Below are positions 48,915 to 62,771 of a DNA stretch of 64,000 nucleotides, one piece after another (position 1 is the stretch's first letter; the number at the start of each line of letters is the position of its first letter). A program made the translations under genes and the position numbers. This stretch comes from Camelus ferus (lineage: Eukaryota). Below the pieces are notes generated by a model. That model was given only the letters and a program-made list of their open reading frames with translations. It was not told where the DNA came from and ran no database searches. The stretch lies in contig NC_045697.1 of NCBI RefSeq assembly GCF_009834535.1, positions 99,636,001-99,700,000 on the forward strand. Reading direction: 5' to 3'.

Positions 48915-49090
48915 CTAGTGTTGGGGAGGAATAGCTTTCAGAATCACCTGGGGAATTCATTCAAAGTGCCTTTCCCTTGCTGTCTCTACCAACCCCACCC
49001 CAGGAACGGAGCAATCATTACCACTGAGAGCACATCAAACCCCTCCAATACGTCTAAGTGGAAAAAAATCTCGAGTCAGTAGAATCCAAA
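48915..49090. mobile_element. hAT-Charlie MITE remnant (MER117-like)
   Basis: tcagaatcacctggggaattcattcaaa...; weak similarity. Confidence 0.4.
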
Positions 49091-49457
49091 ACATATTCAA
49101 CAGAACAGAATGATAACTAGGTCCCTGGGAATGGAATCCTTTAGTAGCAGGTATGATCCTCAGTCCACAAATTAAGATGTGCAAGCAATACCTAAATGTC
49201 TAGTTCTAGAAATCGGCTGAATTTGAATTTGAGCCCCAATACGTCCCAGCTCATGAGAAGATATAATTTCAGTCATTCTGGTGACTGCCCCTCCCTCCCT
49301 CAAGGTCCCTCCCTCCTTCACAGCGCATTCTGCAGTGTGAAGGTGTCTGTGGAGGTGAAGTACTCTGGTATTTGCCATCTGTCCCACAGATTTCCATGGA
49401 GACATCATTGTCTTTGGTCCTAAGGGCTTTTCAGGACTGGTGGCACTTTGATGCTTC

Positions 49458-49795
49458 TGTTGACCTAAGTCAAACAGACTGCCAGGTATTTCTCCAGCAA
49501 AGATGGATTCATGCCATATCAGCAGAGAACTGCAGTTTGGGGTCTGCAACCATGACAAGTCATGTCCAAGTCCCCAGCAAGAATGGAGAGAACTCTTTCA
49601 TAGAGGGAGAAAGGAAGTGGGGAGGGCGATAGTAAACCAAGAGTCCCTGATCTTTTATTGGCTGAGTCCTTGCCAGGAAAGAAGAGGATCTTTCTTCTTC
49701 CTGTTGGGCTCTGCTATTATCACTGAGCATGAGCATGCCCCCATCTGGACTCACGACGATTTTAATTGAGATTTCGGTTCATTAATTTTTTTACA
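49458..49795 (-). mobile_element. ERV1-type solo LTR
   Basis: TGTTG...TTACA termini; 4-bp TSD CTTC (49454-49457) / CTTT (49796-49799). Confidence 0.75.
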
Positions 49796-51160
49796 CTTTC
49801 AAGTCATACCTAAGGCAGGGGCATCTTTTGATGTCTGAGGGGTCCTGTCTGCCTGCATAGCTCATGTGGTGCTTCCCCTGTGGGTTCTTGCAGCCTCCTC
49901 CTGCTCTATTACAAGGCCTCCTTTGATTGACAGTCCCGTGACAGGAACCGTTTTTCTAGTCTGGGAAAGGCTCTTTTTCCTTCTGCAGTTCTCTTTGCTT
50001 CTTCTCACAAACTCCTAAGTGCTCTTTCTCAGCAAACCTGCTAAGTTATACTGCAGGCTCAGGCTTCAGGAAACAAAACCCAGAAATTTTTGGAACTTAC
50101 TTCTCTCTGTCCTACCACATACCTCCCTTGAGGCACTGAAACACAGAATCAGCTCCAAGTTTGAGTGAGAGAAACATATGGAAAGGAAAATCCAAATAAA
50201 TCAGTGACACAAAATATTATCCCGTCATATCTGTATACCCTCTTCATGGCTGATTCCCAGTTCTAGTGTCCAAATATACCTACAGAGATATATGGGGGCT
50301 GTTGCAAAAATTCTCCAAAACTTTCAAAATCACATTAATGCTTATGACATTGAAATTTTAAAACATAAATAATGGTTCTGGTTAAAGCTCAAAGATTTAA
50401 GAGCTGGAAAAAGCATTTTTCCCATCCTAACAATAAGAAAAAAGCTGGATAAATATAAAACTAACAACTTTTCTTGAACCTATCAAAGAACTGATATTGC
50501 AGGCAAACAACTAACTTAAAACCAAGAGAAAGACAGAGGACTGCAGGGAGAAATGGGTTTCAAGTGTTTGCTCACCTGAGACGGATGCTGCCAAATGCCA
50601 TAAAAGCTGGTAAGAAGATTAAACTAGAAATGCTGACAGAATTGCTAAAGGCCAAGTATGGGCCAGCATGAGAGTGTGAAGTCCCAGAGGGCTGCAGAAG
50701 TAGGAGGGTTCACACTCTTTTGTAGGTTTTTCTTCCTGGAATATTGGGTGCTCACAGGGAAGATGGGGAGAATCCTATGAAAATGTCCTCTAAGGTGCCA
50801 GTTGGCTAAGGAGAGTAGCAGCCACAGCCCAAACCCTGAGACAGCTTTGATCTCCCCAACCCAACAAAGCCTTAACATGCAGAAGAAAGGGGTTTGAAAC
50901 TGTATCCTGAGGGCCCTACTGGAAACTGACTGCAGCGAGGAGAGGAGAACAGGGGGAAAAAGAAGTTCCTGCCCTGGGTCCAGCACTACCGCTGGAGACC
51001 TAGGCTTGAGATGAGAACCTAAGGGGTCAACCCTCCCCCATCTCCTCCTAGCATACTAACCAGAGTTGCAGTAAGACACAGCTGGGAGAGATACAAGATG
51101 TAGACTCTCTCTGTGGGTTAGCCCAATTGAAGACCCCAAACCAAGAGGGGAGATAAGTTG

Positions 51161-51305
51161 GGGGAGGGTGTAGCTCAAGTGGTAGAGTGCATGCTTAGCA
51201 TGCACAGGGTCCTGGGTTCAATTCCCAGTACCTCCTCTAAAAAGAAATAAGTAAGTAAATCTAATTACCTCCCCGCAAAATAAAAAAAAAAAAAAAAAAA
51301 AAAAA
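51161..51305 (+). mobile_element. tRNA-Ala-derived SINE (camelid Vic-1/SINE1_Vpa type)
   Basis: A box tagctcaagtgg, B box ggttcaattcc, AGC anticodon loop, non-tRNA tail, long poly-A, 14-bp TSD AAGAGGGGAGA(T/C)AA at 51143-51156 and 51306-51319. Confidence 0.92.
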
Positions 51306-51569
51306 AAGAGGGGAGACAAAAACAAAGTGACACTAGAGGGCTCCAGAGGGTAACCATAGTACCAACGAACTCTCAGTCTAATTCCCACAGTTCCCACATT
51401 AAAGGCCTAGCAGGGGAAAGGCATGCTCAAGCCTGAGAATAAAAAAAAAGTTTACTTAGTATATATTGTCCTATACAATATTTTCAACTTTCAACAAAAA
51501 AAATGACATGACATTCAAAAAAGCAAGAAAAAACATACTCTGGAAAGACAAAGCAATCATCAGAATCAG

Positions 51570-52400
51570 ATGCATGTTGGACTTATCAGATAAGGAATTT
51601 AAAATTACTATGATTAATATGTTAAGGGATCTAATGGAAAAAGTAGACAAAATGCAAAAATCAGATAATTTCAGTAGAGGGATAGAAATAAGAGACTCAA
51701 ATGAAAATGTGAGAAATCAAAACTTCAGTAACAGATACGAAGAATATCTTTGACAAGCTCATTAACAGACTTAAAATAGTTAAGAAAAGAATTAGTGAAG
51801 CTGACTATTGGTCAACAAAATTTACCCAAACTAAAACACAAGGAGATAAAAGAATAAGAAAAAAATAGAAAAAGAATCTAAGGGCTGTGGGACAACATCA
51901 AACAGTCTAACATACGTGTGATTTAGAATCTCAGAAGGAGAAAAGGGAGAAAATGGACAGAAGAAATATTCAAGGAATAACAGCTGAAAATTTTCTAAAT
52001 TAGAAGCAAACACCAAACCACAGATCCAAGAAGAATTAAAAAAACAACAAAAACAAAACAAAGTAAATAAAAGAACAAAACAAAACAAAAAGTAAAACAC
52101 CAAGACATGCCAAAGACAAAGAGAAAATCTTGAAGGAGACCGGAGAGGGGCAAAAAACATTATCTACAGAGGGATGAGGGTAAGGATTAACAGCAGACTT
52201 CTTGTGAGAAACTAAAACAGAGTGATGTCTTCAATATGCTGAAAGGTGGGACAATGTCAATCCAGAATTCTATATCCAGAAAAAGTGTCCATCTAAAGTA
52301 GGGAAAGAACAAAGACTTTCTCAGACAAACAAAAATGCAGGGGCCTGTGTACCAGCAGTAGACCTATCTTACAAGAAATATTAAAATTAGTTTTTCAAGG
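51570..52400 (+). pseudogene. Decayed L1 ORF1p
   Basis: MLDLSDKEFKITMINMLRDLMEKVDKMQ in ORF 51466-51753; caatccagaattctatatcca (PRILYP motif) near 52260; many stops and frameshifts. Confidence 0.85.
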
Positions 52401-52823
52401 TAGATATATGTCAGAAAATTGGACGTGCACTAAGAAATGAAGAGTGTCAGAAATGGAATAAATAAATGGCTTATAAAATCATTTCCAACTTATTTTAATT
52501 GCTCTAAAGGATGACTGTTTAAAGCCACAAAATTAACAATGTATTGTGTGTTTATAACTTATGTACAAGTGAAGTGTGTGGGAACAATGGCACATCAGAG
52601 GGAGAGAGGAACTGAGAATGTAGTGTTATAAGATTTTGGAACTACATGTGTAATAGTATAATATTATTTAAAGGTGGATTCAGATTTTTTTAAATGCATA
52701 TTAAAAACCCTGAGGCAACCATTAGAAAAGTTTTTAAATGTTGAATTAAACCCAGAGAAGATAGAAAAGGATGTAAAAACAAAAAAAAAAAATAAGTGAA
52801 ACAAATAAAAAGCAGCTAGTAAG

Positions 52824-55800
52824 ATGGTAGATTTTAATCCAACTATATCAATAACTATCTTTAATGTTAAGAGGGTAATCACACCAGTTAAAAGACAGAA
52901 ATATCAGAATTGACTAAAAACAAAACAAGACTCAAGTATATGTGGTCTATGAGAAACCTACTTGAAATATAGAGGCATATTTAGGTTAAAAATAAAAGGA
53001 TGGAAAAAGATATATCATGCAAACACAAAGTCATTTCATAACAAGAAATATTATCAGAGATAAAGAGGATATTACATTATGAAAAAGGTCAATTCTCAAA
53101 AAAAAAATTCTTAAATGTGTTTGCACCCAACAACAGAGCTTTAAAATACACGAAGCAAAACCTGGTAGATTATCTTAAAGGAGAAATAGGCAAACCTACA
53201 ATTTTAGATGGAGATTTCAACACTCCTCTCTCAGAAACTCTTAGAACAAGTAGGCAGAAAATCAGTAAGGATATAGATGACCTAAATAACACCATCAACC
53301 AACTTGTCTCATTTGGCATTTATAGAGCACTGACTCCAACAGCAGCAGAACATACCTTCTCAAGTGCACAAAGAGTATTGTCAGTCATATTCTGTTAACA
53401 CTTTAAAAGAACAGGAAATATACATAGTATATTCTGAAACCATAGTGTAATTAAATTAGAAATCAAGAATAGAAAGGTATCTGGTAAATACCCAAATATT
53501 TGAAAATGAAGCAACACATTTCTAAATAATCCATGGTTCAAAGAGGAAGCCTCCAAAGAAATTTTAAAATATTTTGAATTAAATGAAAATAAAGATAAAA
53601 CATATCAAATTTTGTAGGATGCAGCTCAAGTGTTCTTAGACAGAAATTTATAGCATTAAATGCTGATATTAAAAAAGAGCTCCAGAAAGATCTAAATTCA
53701 GTAAAGTAAGCTTCCAACTTAAAGGGGAGCTAATTAAATCTTAAGCAAGCAGATGAAAGGAAATAATATAAAACAGAAATCAATGAAATTAAAAACAGAA
53801 AAATAATACATTAAATCAATAAAAACAAAAGCTGATTTTTTTGAAATTATAAAGTCATAAAATTGATAAGCCTTTCATCAGGCTGACCAAGAAAAAGAGA
53901 AAGACAGAATTTACCCATTTTAGGAATTCAAAAGGACATCACTACTGACCTCATAGGCACTAAAAGCATAATAAGGGAATACTACAAACAACTCTTGTGT
54001 TTATAAATTTATCAACTTAGATGAAATGGATCAATTCCTTGAAATGCCCAAACTACCAAAACTCATTCAAGAAGAAATGCTTAACCTAAATAGTCCTATA
54101 TGTATTAAATAAATTAAATTTGTAGTTAAAAAATTTCAAAAAAGAAAACCCAGATGGTTTCACTAGTAAATTCCATAAAATGTTTAAGGAAAAAATAATG
54201 TCAACGGTACACAGTATGTTCCAGAATAAAGAGGAGGCAACATTTCCCAACTCATTTTATGAGGTCAGCATTATCCTAAAGCCCAAACCAAACTGTATAC
54301 TGCAGGAACAGAAAACTATAGACCAAGGTTCTTCATAAATATAAAGGAAAAAACTTCTCAACAAAACATTAGCAATACATAAAAAAGAGAATATATGACC
54401 AAATGGGATTATCCCAGATCCCAAGGCTGGTTCAAATTCAAAACTCAATCAACATAATTCATTATATTAACAGCCTAAAAAAACACACACACATTTATTT
54501 CAATACAAGTGAAAACAAAATTCAACAGCCATTTGTGATAAAATTCTTGGAAAATTAAGAATGGAAGGGAACTTCCTTAATCTCATATAGGGAGTCTATG
54601 AGTAACTTATACATAACATCAGACTTAAGGGTAAGATGCTGAAAGCTTACCCCCTAGTTTAGGAATAAGATAAGAATGTTCACTCACTATACCAATTCAA
54701 CATCATACTGGAAGTCATAGCCTGTGAAATAAGCTAAGAAATATAAGTAAAAGGCACATAGATTTAAAAGGAAAAAGGTAAGACTGTCATTATTTGAAGA
54801 CAACATGGTTGTTAACACAGAGAATTCCAAAGATCTACAAAAACATTCCTGGAACAAACAAGTAAGTTTTAAAAGGTCAATATACAAAAGCCAATCATAT
54901 TCCTATATTCTGGCAATGAATAATTGAAACTTGATATTAAGAAACAATACCACTTATAATTATACAAAAAAGTTAAAAACTTAGGTATAGATCTAACAGA
55001 ATATGTGCAAGATCTATATACTAAAAACCATACTGATGAAAGATAGTGAGGAAAATCTAAGTATCTTGAGATATACTGTGTTCATAATTTAGAAGCATCA
55101 GTATTATTAAGGTATCATTTCTCCCAAAATTAAACTATAGATTCAGTGCAATCTCAATCAAAATCCCAGTAAGTATTTTATAGATGATGAGAAGCCAATT
55201 CTAAAATTGATATGGAAAGGCAAAGGACCTGGAAAAGCTAAAGCAATTCTGAAAAAGAAAAAAAAGTTGGAGGACTCACACTGTAGGATTTCAAGACATA
55301 GTATAAAGCTACAATAATCAGGACTGTGTCACAATGGCTAAAGGACAGATGTGTGGAACAATGAAATTGAATAGAATGCTCATAAATAGACCCACAGAAA
55401 TAGTCTACTGATTTTTAACAAAGATGCTAAAGCAATGCAATGAACATAGGAGAGTCTTTTCAAAGAACAATGCTGGAACAATTGGACATCCATATGCAAA
55501 TAAATAAACCTCTACATATACCTCATTTCTTGAACAAAAGTTAACTCAATATGGATCACAAAACTAAATGTATAACCTAAATGTATAACACAAGAAGTTA
55601 TATAAGAATGTTTATAACTTTATTCATAGTCATCCCAAACTGGAAACAATCAAGATGTCCTTCAACAGGGTAATGGATAAATGAACTTGATATATCCATA
55701 CAATGGATTATCACTCAGCAATAAAAATGAATGTGTTTTTGATTCCCACACAATAATGAGGATGAATCATAAATTGATTCTATAAGTGAAAGAAGTCAGA
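52824..55800 (+). pseudogene. Decayed L1 ORF2p (APE endonuclease + reverse transcriptase)
   Basis: FAPNNRALKYTKQ...TILDGDFNTPLS (endonuclease); VRLSLFEDNMVV near 54780 (decayed FADD); multiple stops. Confidence 0.92.
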
Positions 55801-56299
55801 CTCAAAAGGCTACATACTATATGATTACATCTTTATGAAATTACTGAAAAGGCACATCTAAAGTGATAGAAAACAGGTCTGTGGTTGCCCCAGGGTTGGG
55901 GGAAAGGGGAGAGGATTTCTACAAAGGGGCTCGACCAGGTAATTTTTAGGTTGATGGGATGTTCTATATGGTACTAGGGTGATGGAAACAAGACTCTGTG
56001 CATTTGTCAAACTCCCATAGAATTGTGCACTTTACTTAACTTTATTGTATGCATATTGAAAAAAAAAATCAACCAGGATGTCAAGATTTTTATTGGAATA
56101 AGGGATGCAGAAAAATACTATTTGCTGAGTAGCAACTTTTAAAGTATGTCAAAGAGTAGAAAAAACAAACAACATTAAATACAGTGTCATGACTTCAAAA
56201 AAGTCTTCACTTTTGCCCACTCCTAATGATGGACCAATGCTATGCTAATGGAAGCTCCAGAGGAGCAAGGCCTGTGTTTGTCTCCCTCTAGAGGCTGGT

Positions 56300-56714
56300 G
56301 GGTTACAGTCCTTGAGTAATCTACAGACAACCCTTTTGAGGAGAAAAACTTCTTATGGGTTGTCAACTCACAATGTCGATGTCCTTTATCATCTTGTTTT
56401 AAGAATATGTATAAACAAACAAATATATAAATTTTTATTATAATTTATATACAGCTATGAAGCCCCAACAAAATTATAAATCAGACACAAAGAAAACTGT
56501 AACCCTAATAAAACTCAACCTAATACCAATAAATTGGTGAACTCAAATCACTCCTCACAATGTGGTTGGGTCCTTTGAAGCAAGCATCCCTGACGACCGT
56601 TAGGACTACTCAATGTTTCTGCCATTATTTTTTCTCTGCAAACGATTACACAAACCTCATTTTTTACAGCATCTCTGATGTCATATATGATGGATTGAAG
56701 AGTTTGGGAATCAC
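56300..56714. mobile_element. Probable old hAT-Charlie remnant
   Basis: Ends in agtttgggaatcac, like a Charlie TIR; AT-rich body; family not identified. Confidence 0.4.
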
Positions 56715-57584
56715 CTCCCACGTTAACACCATCATGACTACTACTAGACCCTGTTATAATTATTCTATTCCCATCTGCACCTAGCCTGTGATAAATGAAA
56801 TTTAATTTGAGTTAAACTTGGTCCTTGTCCTCTGAGGAGCCTGAGTGTGAAGCCCATTGCAAGGATGCAGATGGACACGACTCTATGTTCAAGGAGAAAA
56901 GACTTTGTTGGCGATCGTGAGGGAAGGCTCTGCTATCTTTGTCCTGAGTCTCTGCCTGCTTTGGAAAGTCCTGACGAGAGAAAGAGGCAAATACCACCCT
57001 CAGGTGGGATTTCAAAATCTCGCACCACTTCACTGATCTGTTTTGAACTATCTGGGACTCCCTAAGGTTACAGCAATGTTTTCTACCGTGCTTTCAAGTT
57101 GGGCAAAAAAAAAAAAAAAACCAAAAAAAAAAAGGAAAGTCACTTACTAGTGGGCAGCACTCATAACATCAATTTGAATAGAAATTTTTAAAAAATTGTT
57201 TGACATCTGATTCTGTTGATTGCTCATGATTTGGAGAAATTCATGCCCTAACAATGAATAGTCAAGTGTTAATTCTGGAATAATTTTTCCTTTTATTTCA
57301 TATGAAAAGAAAACACACTTGAAGTTTTATAATGGTGCAGCCAGCTTTTAATTGAGTCTGTCAGAAAGCAAGTTAGGAAGCTGGACTAAGGCTGTGTCAG
57401 AGAAAGATACTGACTGGCATATTTTTCTCTAGCGCTGAATGTGGCTCCTGATTGGGCAGCTCAAAAGACAAGAGAGTCAGCAATCTTCCTGCTCCCTTTG
57501 TGCCCTGCACGTGCTCCCAACACCAGGCTTGAGAAACAGCTTCAGGGAAGTGAGAGATGGAGTCGGATCCTGGCAGCCACAGTC

Positions 57585-57750
57585 ACCAGCCACACTGTCC
57601 TTGGGCAAATCACCAGCTTCTCTGTGCTTTCATCTTCTCAAAACTAACGGTTATAGTGATGAGGTTCAAATGAGGAGACACACGTAACACCCGGAGAGAA
57701 AAGCTTGATACTGGAACACACACTCTATAAATGTTAGCTCTTATTACTGT
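57585..57750 (+). mobile_element. MIR SINE
   Basis: tgtccttgggcaaatcaccagcttctctgtgc...tataaatgttagctcttattact. Confidence 0.75.
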
Positions 57751-59419
57751 CATACTTAACACACTGGGTTGGAATCACCTATGTCCACTTTTGCTTTAAA
57801 CTCAAGTGGTCTATGAGTTCTGGGAGGGCGGGGACCATAACTTCCTCTCCTCTGTATCCACAGTCCTGAGCACACAACAATCAATCAGCGTGTTTTGAAC
57901 TGAAGAGAGGGGATAGAATTGGAAAATTATTCGAGAGAGCAAAGAGATTGTAACCAAGCAAGGGAGAGAAATGAATAATTTTCACTTTGGAAGACACTAA
58001 TAGCAGTGTGCCACCTCTGTACTGACATAATTTCATCTCAATGCATTTAACAAAATTTTCCTCACAGAGCCTTTGGGTAGACTACTGGGAGCAGTTCTGT
58101 AACTACAAGTCATTTTCGCTGCTGCAAAATAGACCTGAATGCTAATAAGCAAACCAATATTTAAAAAGTCTTATCCCAAGGTGCTGGAAATGTTTTTGAT
58201 TTGAGTGTTGGATATATATTATATATCTATAATCTCACAATTTGCACACTTTACTATATAAAACAAAGTCTCCAAAGCCTCCAAAGTCTTGAAGGCCCTT
58301 GGCCCATCAATAGCAATTCCATCTGACACATGTTCACAAGATCACCATGGCTACCCCGACGGTCCTTTCCTTGGTACTTCCAACCTACTGCTCCCAAAGG
58401 CAACCTGTGTATACACAGTATACACAAATACGGGAAATCTCCTGTACTCACAATTAACAGGCAAAGCCCTCAAGGCTCCAAAACACTGAAGCTTTTAGCT
58501 AAAGAGCACCCAAAATTAATGTTCACATAATCTGTCCACCAGAGGGAACTAACAGAGCCCAAATAATAGGAACATACTGACCCCAGCAAGCCAACCAATC
58601 AAGCTTTTCAGACAAGGACTGCAGTTTCCACACACAAACCAAGTATCAATTTCTTGGTTTCTAGGAAGGTATGTGAAATTTTATTGAAGTCAGATTTAAT
58701 TCATGGGTTTATTTTTTTTTCTCCTCAACAGTAGACATGTTTTAATAGTAAGAGGCAACTGACCTTGGAGACATTAATGCTAATAAATGTCTATGGACAT
58801 GAAAATAAGGAGAGTACATCTTTGAAAAATACTTTACAGATTAGGAAGAATTTTCAGGTGGAGAAGTGAGTGCTGGCAATTTTCCTCCTCAATACGTGAA
58901 TTTAATTTATAAACACAATTTGTGCCTGTTAGAGATGGAAAAAAGTTTTGTAGGACCATGTAGGACCACGAGTAGCATATAAACAAATTAGAAAAAGGTA
59001 CACCTCTGAAGCCTGGGGCATGGCTTGGTGAGCAGAGCAAGGGATGGATTTTAAGCTCTGCTTTCCGCTAGCAGGCAGCTCTGCACAGGAACAATCGCAC
59101 AACCATATTCGGCAGCCCTAGAGTCTGGGCAGTGGTAGCTCCAAGGGGATGCTTGAGGGTAGTTTTTAATCCTCCCTCTCCCCAATTATTTGATAAGAAT
59201 GGAATGGAATTTTTTTTATCTCACCTAAAGTGCAAGTCCAAGACAAGTGGCCCACCTGCCCCCTTCCAATCAGAATGCCGACCTGAAATTTTTCCTAAAG
59301 AGAAATTCTGGATCCATCACTCTATGGAAACAGACATTTTCCATCCTGTTCTCCTCTGCTTTCAATCCACCCTGCTGGAAAGGTCTTGCTGATATTTTCC
59401 AAGTTGCCTTTTCCTTTAT

Positions 59420-60920
59420 AATATCCCATTTCCTGATCACTCCCTACCTCCTCATTCTTGTAGCCATGAATTCTTTCATGGGTCAAAAATTTTTGTAGGA
59501 GACAACTGAAACCAGGTCTGCATGTAGGCCTGAAGGCTTGCATCTTATAAGTGACCAATTCTCAGTTCTTACTTTATTTGACCTGACAACAGCTCTTAAC
59601 CCTATTGATCACTCTGTCCTTTGGAAAGTTTCTTCATTTGGACACAGGGAGGAAAGTTTCTTTCAGGACACAGCTCTCCCATGTCCTTCTCCATGTTGGC
59701 TGCTCCTTCTCAGTCTCCTGCACTGATTCCCCTTCATCTTCCTGATTTCCAAGGGTTGACATCCACTAGCCATCCTCTCCTTTGTTCTGTCTACACCACT
59801 GCCTCTGCGACCTCACCAGGTCCTTTACACACCATCCATTCCGGACAACTCCCAAGTTTATATCTTCCCCTGGCTCCTGCTCTGAACTCCAGACTCATCT
59901 TCAATGGCCTCCTCAACATCTCCATTGGATATTTAAAAACATCTTAAACTTGACAGGCCCAAAAGCAAACATCTTAATTTTCACCCCCAACCATTCACAC
60001 CTGACAGCCCTTTCCACCTGGGCAAACGGTCCTCCTTTTTTAGTTGCTCACACAGAAAGCCTTGAAGTCATCCTTGGCTCATCTCTTGCTCTGTCTAACC
60101 ACATCAGCAACATCAGTTGGTTCCAGATTTGAAATATGTCCAGAATTGGACTACTTCATACCAGCTATCACTCAGGTCTAAGTCAGCAACACCTCTTAGC
60201 CAGGATTATCACAACAGTCTTCTAATTCACTTCCCTAATTCTGCCCTTCCTTCCTTCCCCACTCTCCAAGCGGAGTTAACTTTCTTGCTGGCAGTCAGAG
60301 TGATGCTAAGTGAACCTAAGTGAGATTGTGTGTCTCCTCTGCATGTGGCCCACCTCCCAGAGAGAAACTCAAGGAGCTTGAAAGAGTCTGGAAGGCTCTA
60401 TATGGAAGGCTTAGCCCTCTGCTGTATATCTGGGTATCACTCCATCACTGTCCTTTGGGAACCTTCTGTGAACATGCCGACCCTGCTCCCACCTCTGGGA
60501 GGTACCTTTGTACTTTCTGGTCTTTCATCCTTCAGATGTCCTCACACTAACTCTTTCAATCTCCTTTAGTCTCTGCTCACATATCATTTTCTCAGACAGG
60601 TTCTCCCTGATGCACTGTATTAAATAATACCACACTCCTAACACCCTCTGTCTCCCTTACCCTGCATTATTTTCCTTCATAGGACTTCACAATGCTTTTC
60701 TCCACTGTGTGTGTGTTTTGATATATATATTTGTATATACATATAGTGCATATATATACATATTTGTGTATGTATATGTGTGTGTGATCATTGTCTGTCT
60801 TCCCCACCAAGAATGTAAGGTCTGTGCCATAAAGCATTTTAATTCATTGTTATCTAACTCCAGCACCTAGGAAAATGCCTAGCACATAGCAGGCGTTCAA
60901 TACATACTTCCTGAATGAAT
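59420..60920 (+). mobile_element. Long L2a-like LINE fragment with RT remnant and 3' tail
   Basis: QFSVLTLFDLTTALNPIDHSVL resembles the L2 RT motif (LDLSAAFDTVDH); tail ctccagcacctaggaaaatgcctagcacatagcaggcgttcaatacatacttcctgaatgaat. Confidence 0.9.
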
Positions 60921-61754
60921 TTAGTCAGTTTATACACTGACTAAAAGTTACATGCAATTTTTAAAATAAAATGCATTAAAATTTACCTTAAAAATTTCCA
61001 TAATTGGACATAATTGAAAGGCATTTAAAGAAATATGGTATTTACCTCTGAAGCACACTCAAGCCACGTTTCGATGAACAGTGGACTGAAATCCACCATC
61101 CTTGCGAGTAGACTGCCTAGCGGTAATTAGGCAAAACAATAGCCACTAACTAACATTACTTAACACTTTGTTGGCCTTGTGTTGAATTACAAAATGTTAA
61201 ATTTACTACATGTTTGTTTTCACCAATTGCCATCAAATTCTATTACTAAACAGGATTTGTGTACATGTAGGACCCATCTAAATGAGTATATTATGTCGTG
61301 GTTCACTATTGTGGATGCTGAAGAATCAAGACTGATGTCTTATGAGGGAATATCCAACAGCGAAATCAGGAATCGTGTTTCTATTTACCACCCTATTGCC
61401 AAAGCTAATTGTGTATATAAAGATTTCTTAATGTAAGCTGTTAGCATATTAAAGAATATTTTCTGAAATTCAATACATGATTCAAATGACATACAATTTA
61501 AATACACTTGTGAAAACCAAAAGATAAATTCATTTAAAACAGGGTATAACTAAGGAAAAAACTTTACTTAAAATACCACACTAATAGCTAACTTAGTTCA
61601 CAGTAGCCTAAAGAAGTGTACAAATCTAAAATTTCCTATTTCCTTCCTTACATATTTTAGTGTTTGATCCTTATCTTTAAACTCAACATGTAGATGTAAA
61701 AATACAATATTAATCAGATTGTGTATTTTAATGCCTGTGACTATAGAGGCCAAG

Positions 61755-61960
61755 CATTAGGATGGTTGGCATATGGGCTTTGGGCCTGGATGTGCATCTG
61801 GTTCTGCCACTTCCTGGTTGTGGGTCTTGGGCAAAGTATCTTATCCAAGTGTGTCTGTTTTCTTAAGGGTTGTAGCGAGGAAATGTGAGATGGTTACAGG
61901 TGAAACACTTAGAATAGTGCTTAGCATAGAGTAATCACTCAACAAATACTAGCTGTTATT
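61755..61960 (+). mobile_element. MIR SINE
   Basis: ctggttctgccacttcctggttgtgggtcttgggcaa...aaacacttagaatagtgcttagcatagagtaatcactcaacaaatactagctgttatt. Confidence 0.88.
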
Positions 61961-62771
61961 AATAGCTACACATAATGAAAACAAAGTTCTGCCATCATAT
62001 CCCCTCTTTGTAGTTAATGGGCTGAATTAATCCAGTTTGCTCTAATGTCAAAAATATCTAAATAGTTTCATGTGAAATCACTCCTAAAAGAAGAGAATCT
62101 TTTATACAGCAGAGGAATGCTTAGCAGCTTCTTTAGAGATGCCAGTTTCTCTCCAGGAATCTACTGATAACACACACTTCAAATGTCATAATTGGTACTC
62201 AGAGCCCTTAGAGATGTTTCTTGGGTTATTGCTTAGAAAAAGCTCTGAGAAATCCCATTGTAAACACTAGCTTCCAATGTGCTTCATTACTGATACTGAT
62301 ATTTTGAGATCATGATAGAATGTGAGAATCCTGATTAGTTTACTAACTTTCTTCATGTTGGACTTTCTTCAGCTATGTTACCCCCAACACCCATTAACGT
62401 GCACACACACACACACACTTATATCTCACACACCCCATTTAAAAATGAGAGAAGATGATTTGTTATATAACTATATTGACCTTTATGTTTATGCTTTTGA
62501 ATCCTGTTTTAGGGAAGATTTTATTTTAATAAAGATTTGTATCCTTAACTTAACCTCCTTCCTAGCATTATTAATTCTGTGAGATATGGTAGATATGTTA
62601 CAAGGTCCATTCTAGTCTTATTAATTCTATGATACATGGGAGACTAGTCATGCTGAATTTGAAATTGTAGGCTATGTTAGGATTTAAGGTACTTAATTCC
62701 ATTCATTCATTCATATTACGGAGAGACAAGCAACCCACAGATACTTTTTTACCTGATCTGATTTTCCTTAT

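Larger units (their letters stand above)
50375..56085 (+). mobile_element. Near-full-length ancient L1 (L1MC-type; 3' end resembles L1MC3)
   Basis: Colinear 5'UTR, ORF1 remnant, long inter-ORF spacer, ORF2 endonuclease and RT remnants, and 3'UTR ending aaaaaatcaaccaggatgtc. Confidence 0.93.

Noticed and set aside
51164..51236. Genuine tRNA-Ala gene
   Set aside because: Followed by a SINE tail, poly-A and TSD, with stem mismatches; it is a SINE head
52824..55800. Active or domesticated reverse transcriptase
   Set aside because: Catalytic FADD decayed to FEDN, many stops and frameshifts, and an internal deletion
2560..57515. About ten CACGTG E-boxes across the window
   Set aside because: Dispersed rather than clustered; enrichment cannot be established without a background model
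43849..58290. 9-bp tandem micro-repeats near 43849-43870 and 58264-58290
   Set aside because: Ordinary slippage duplications with no spacer structure
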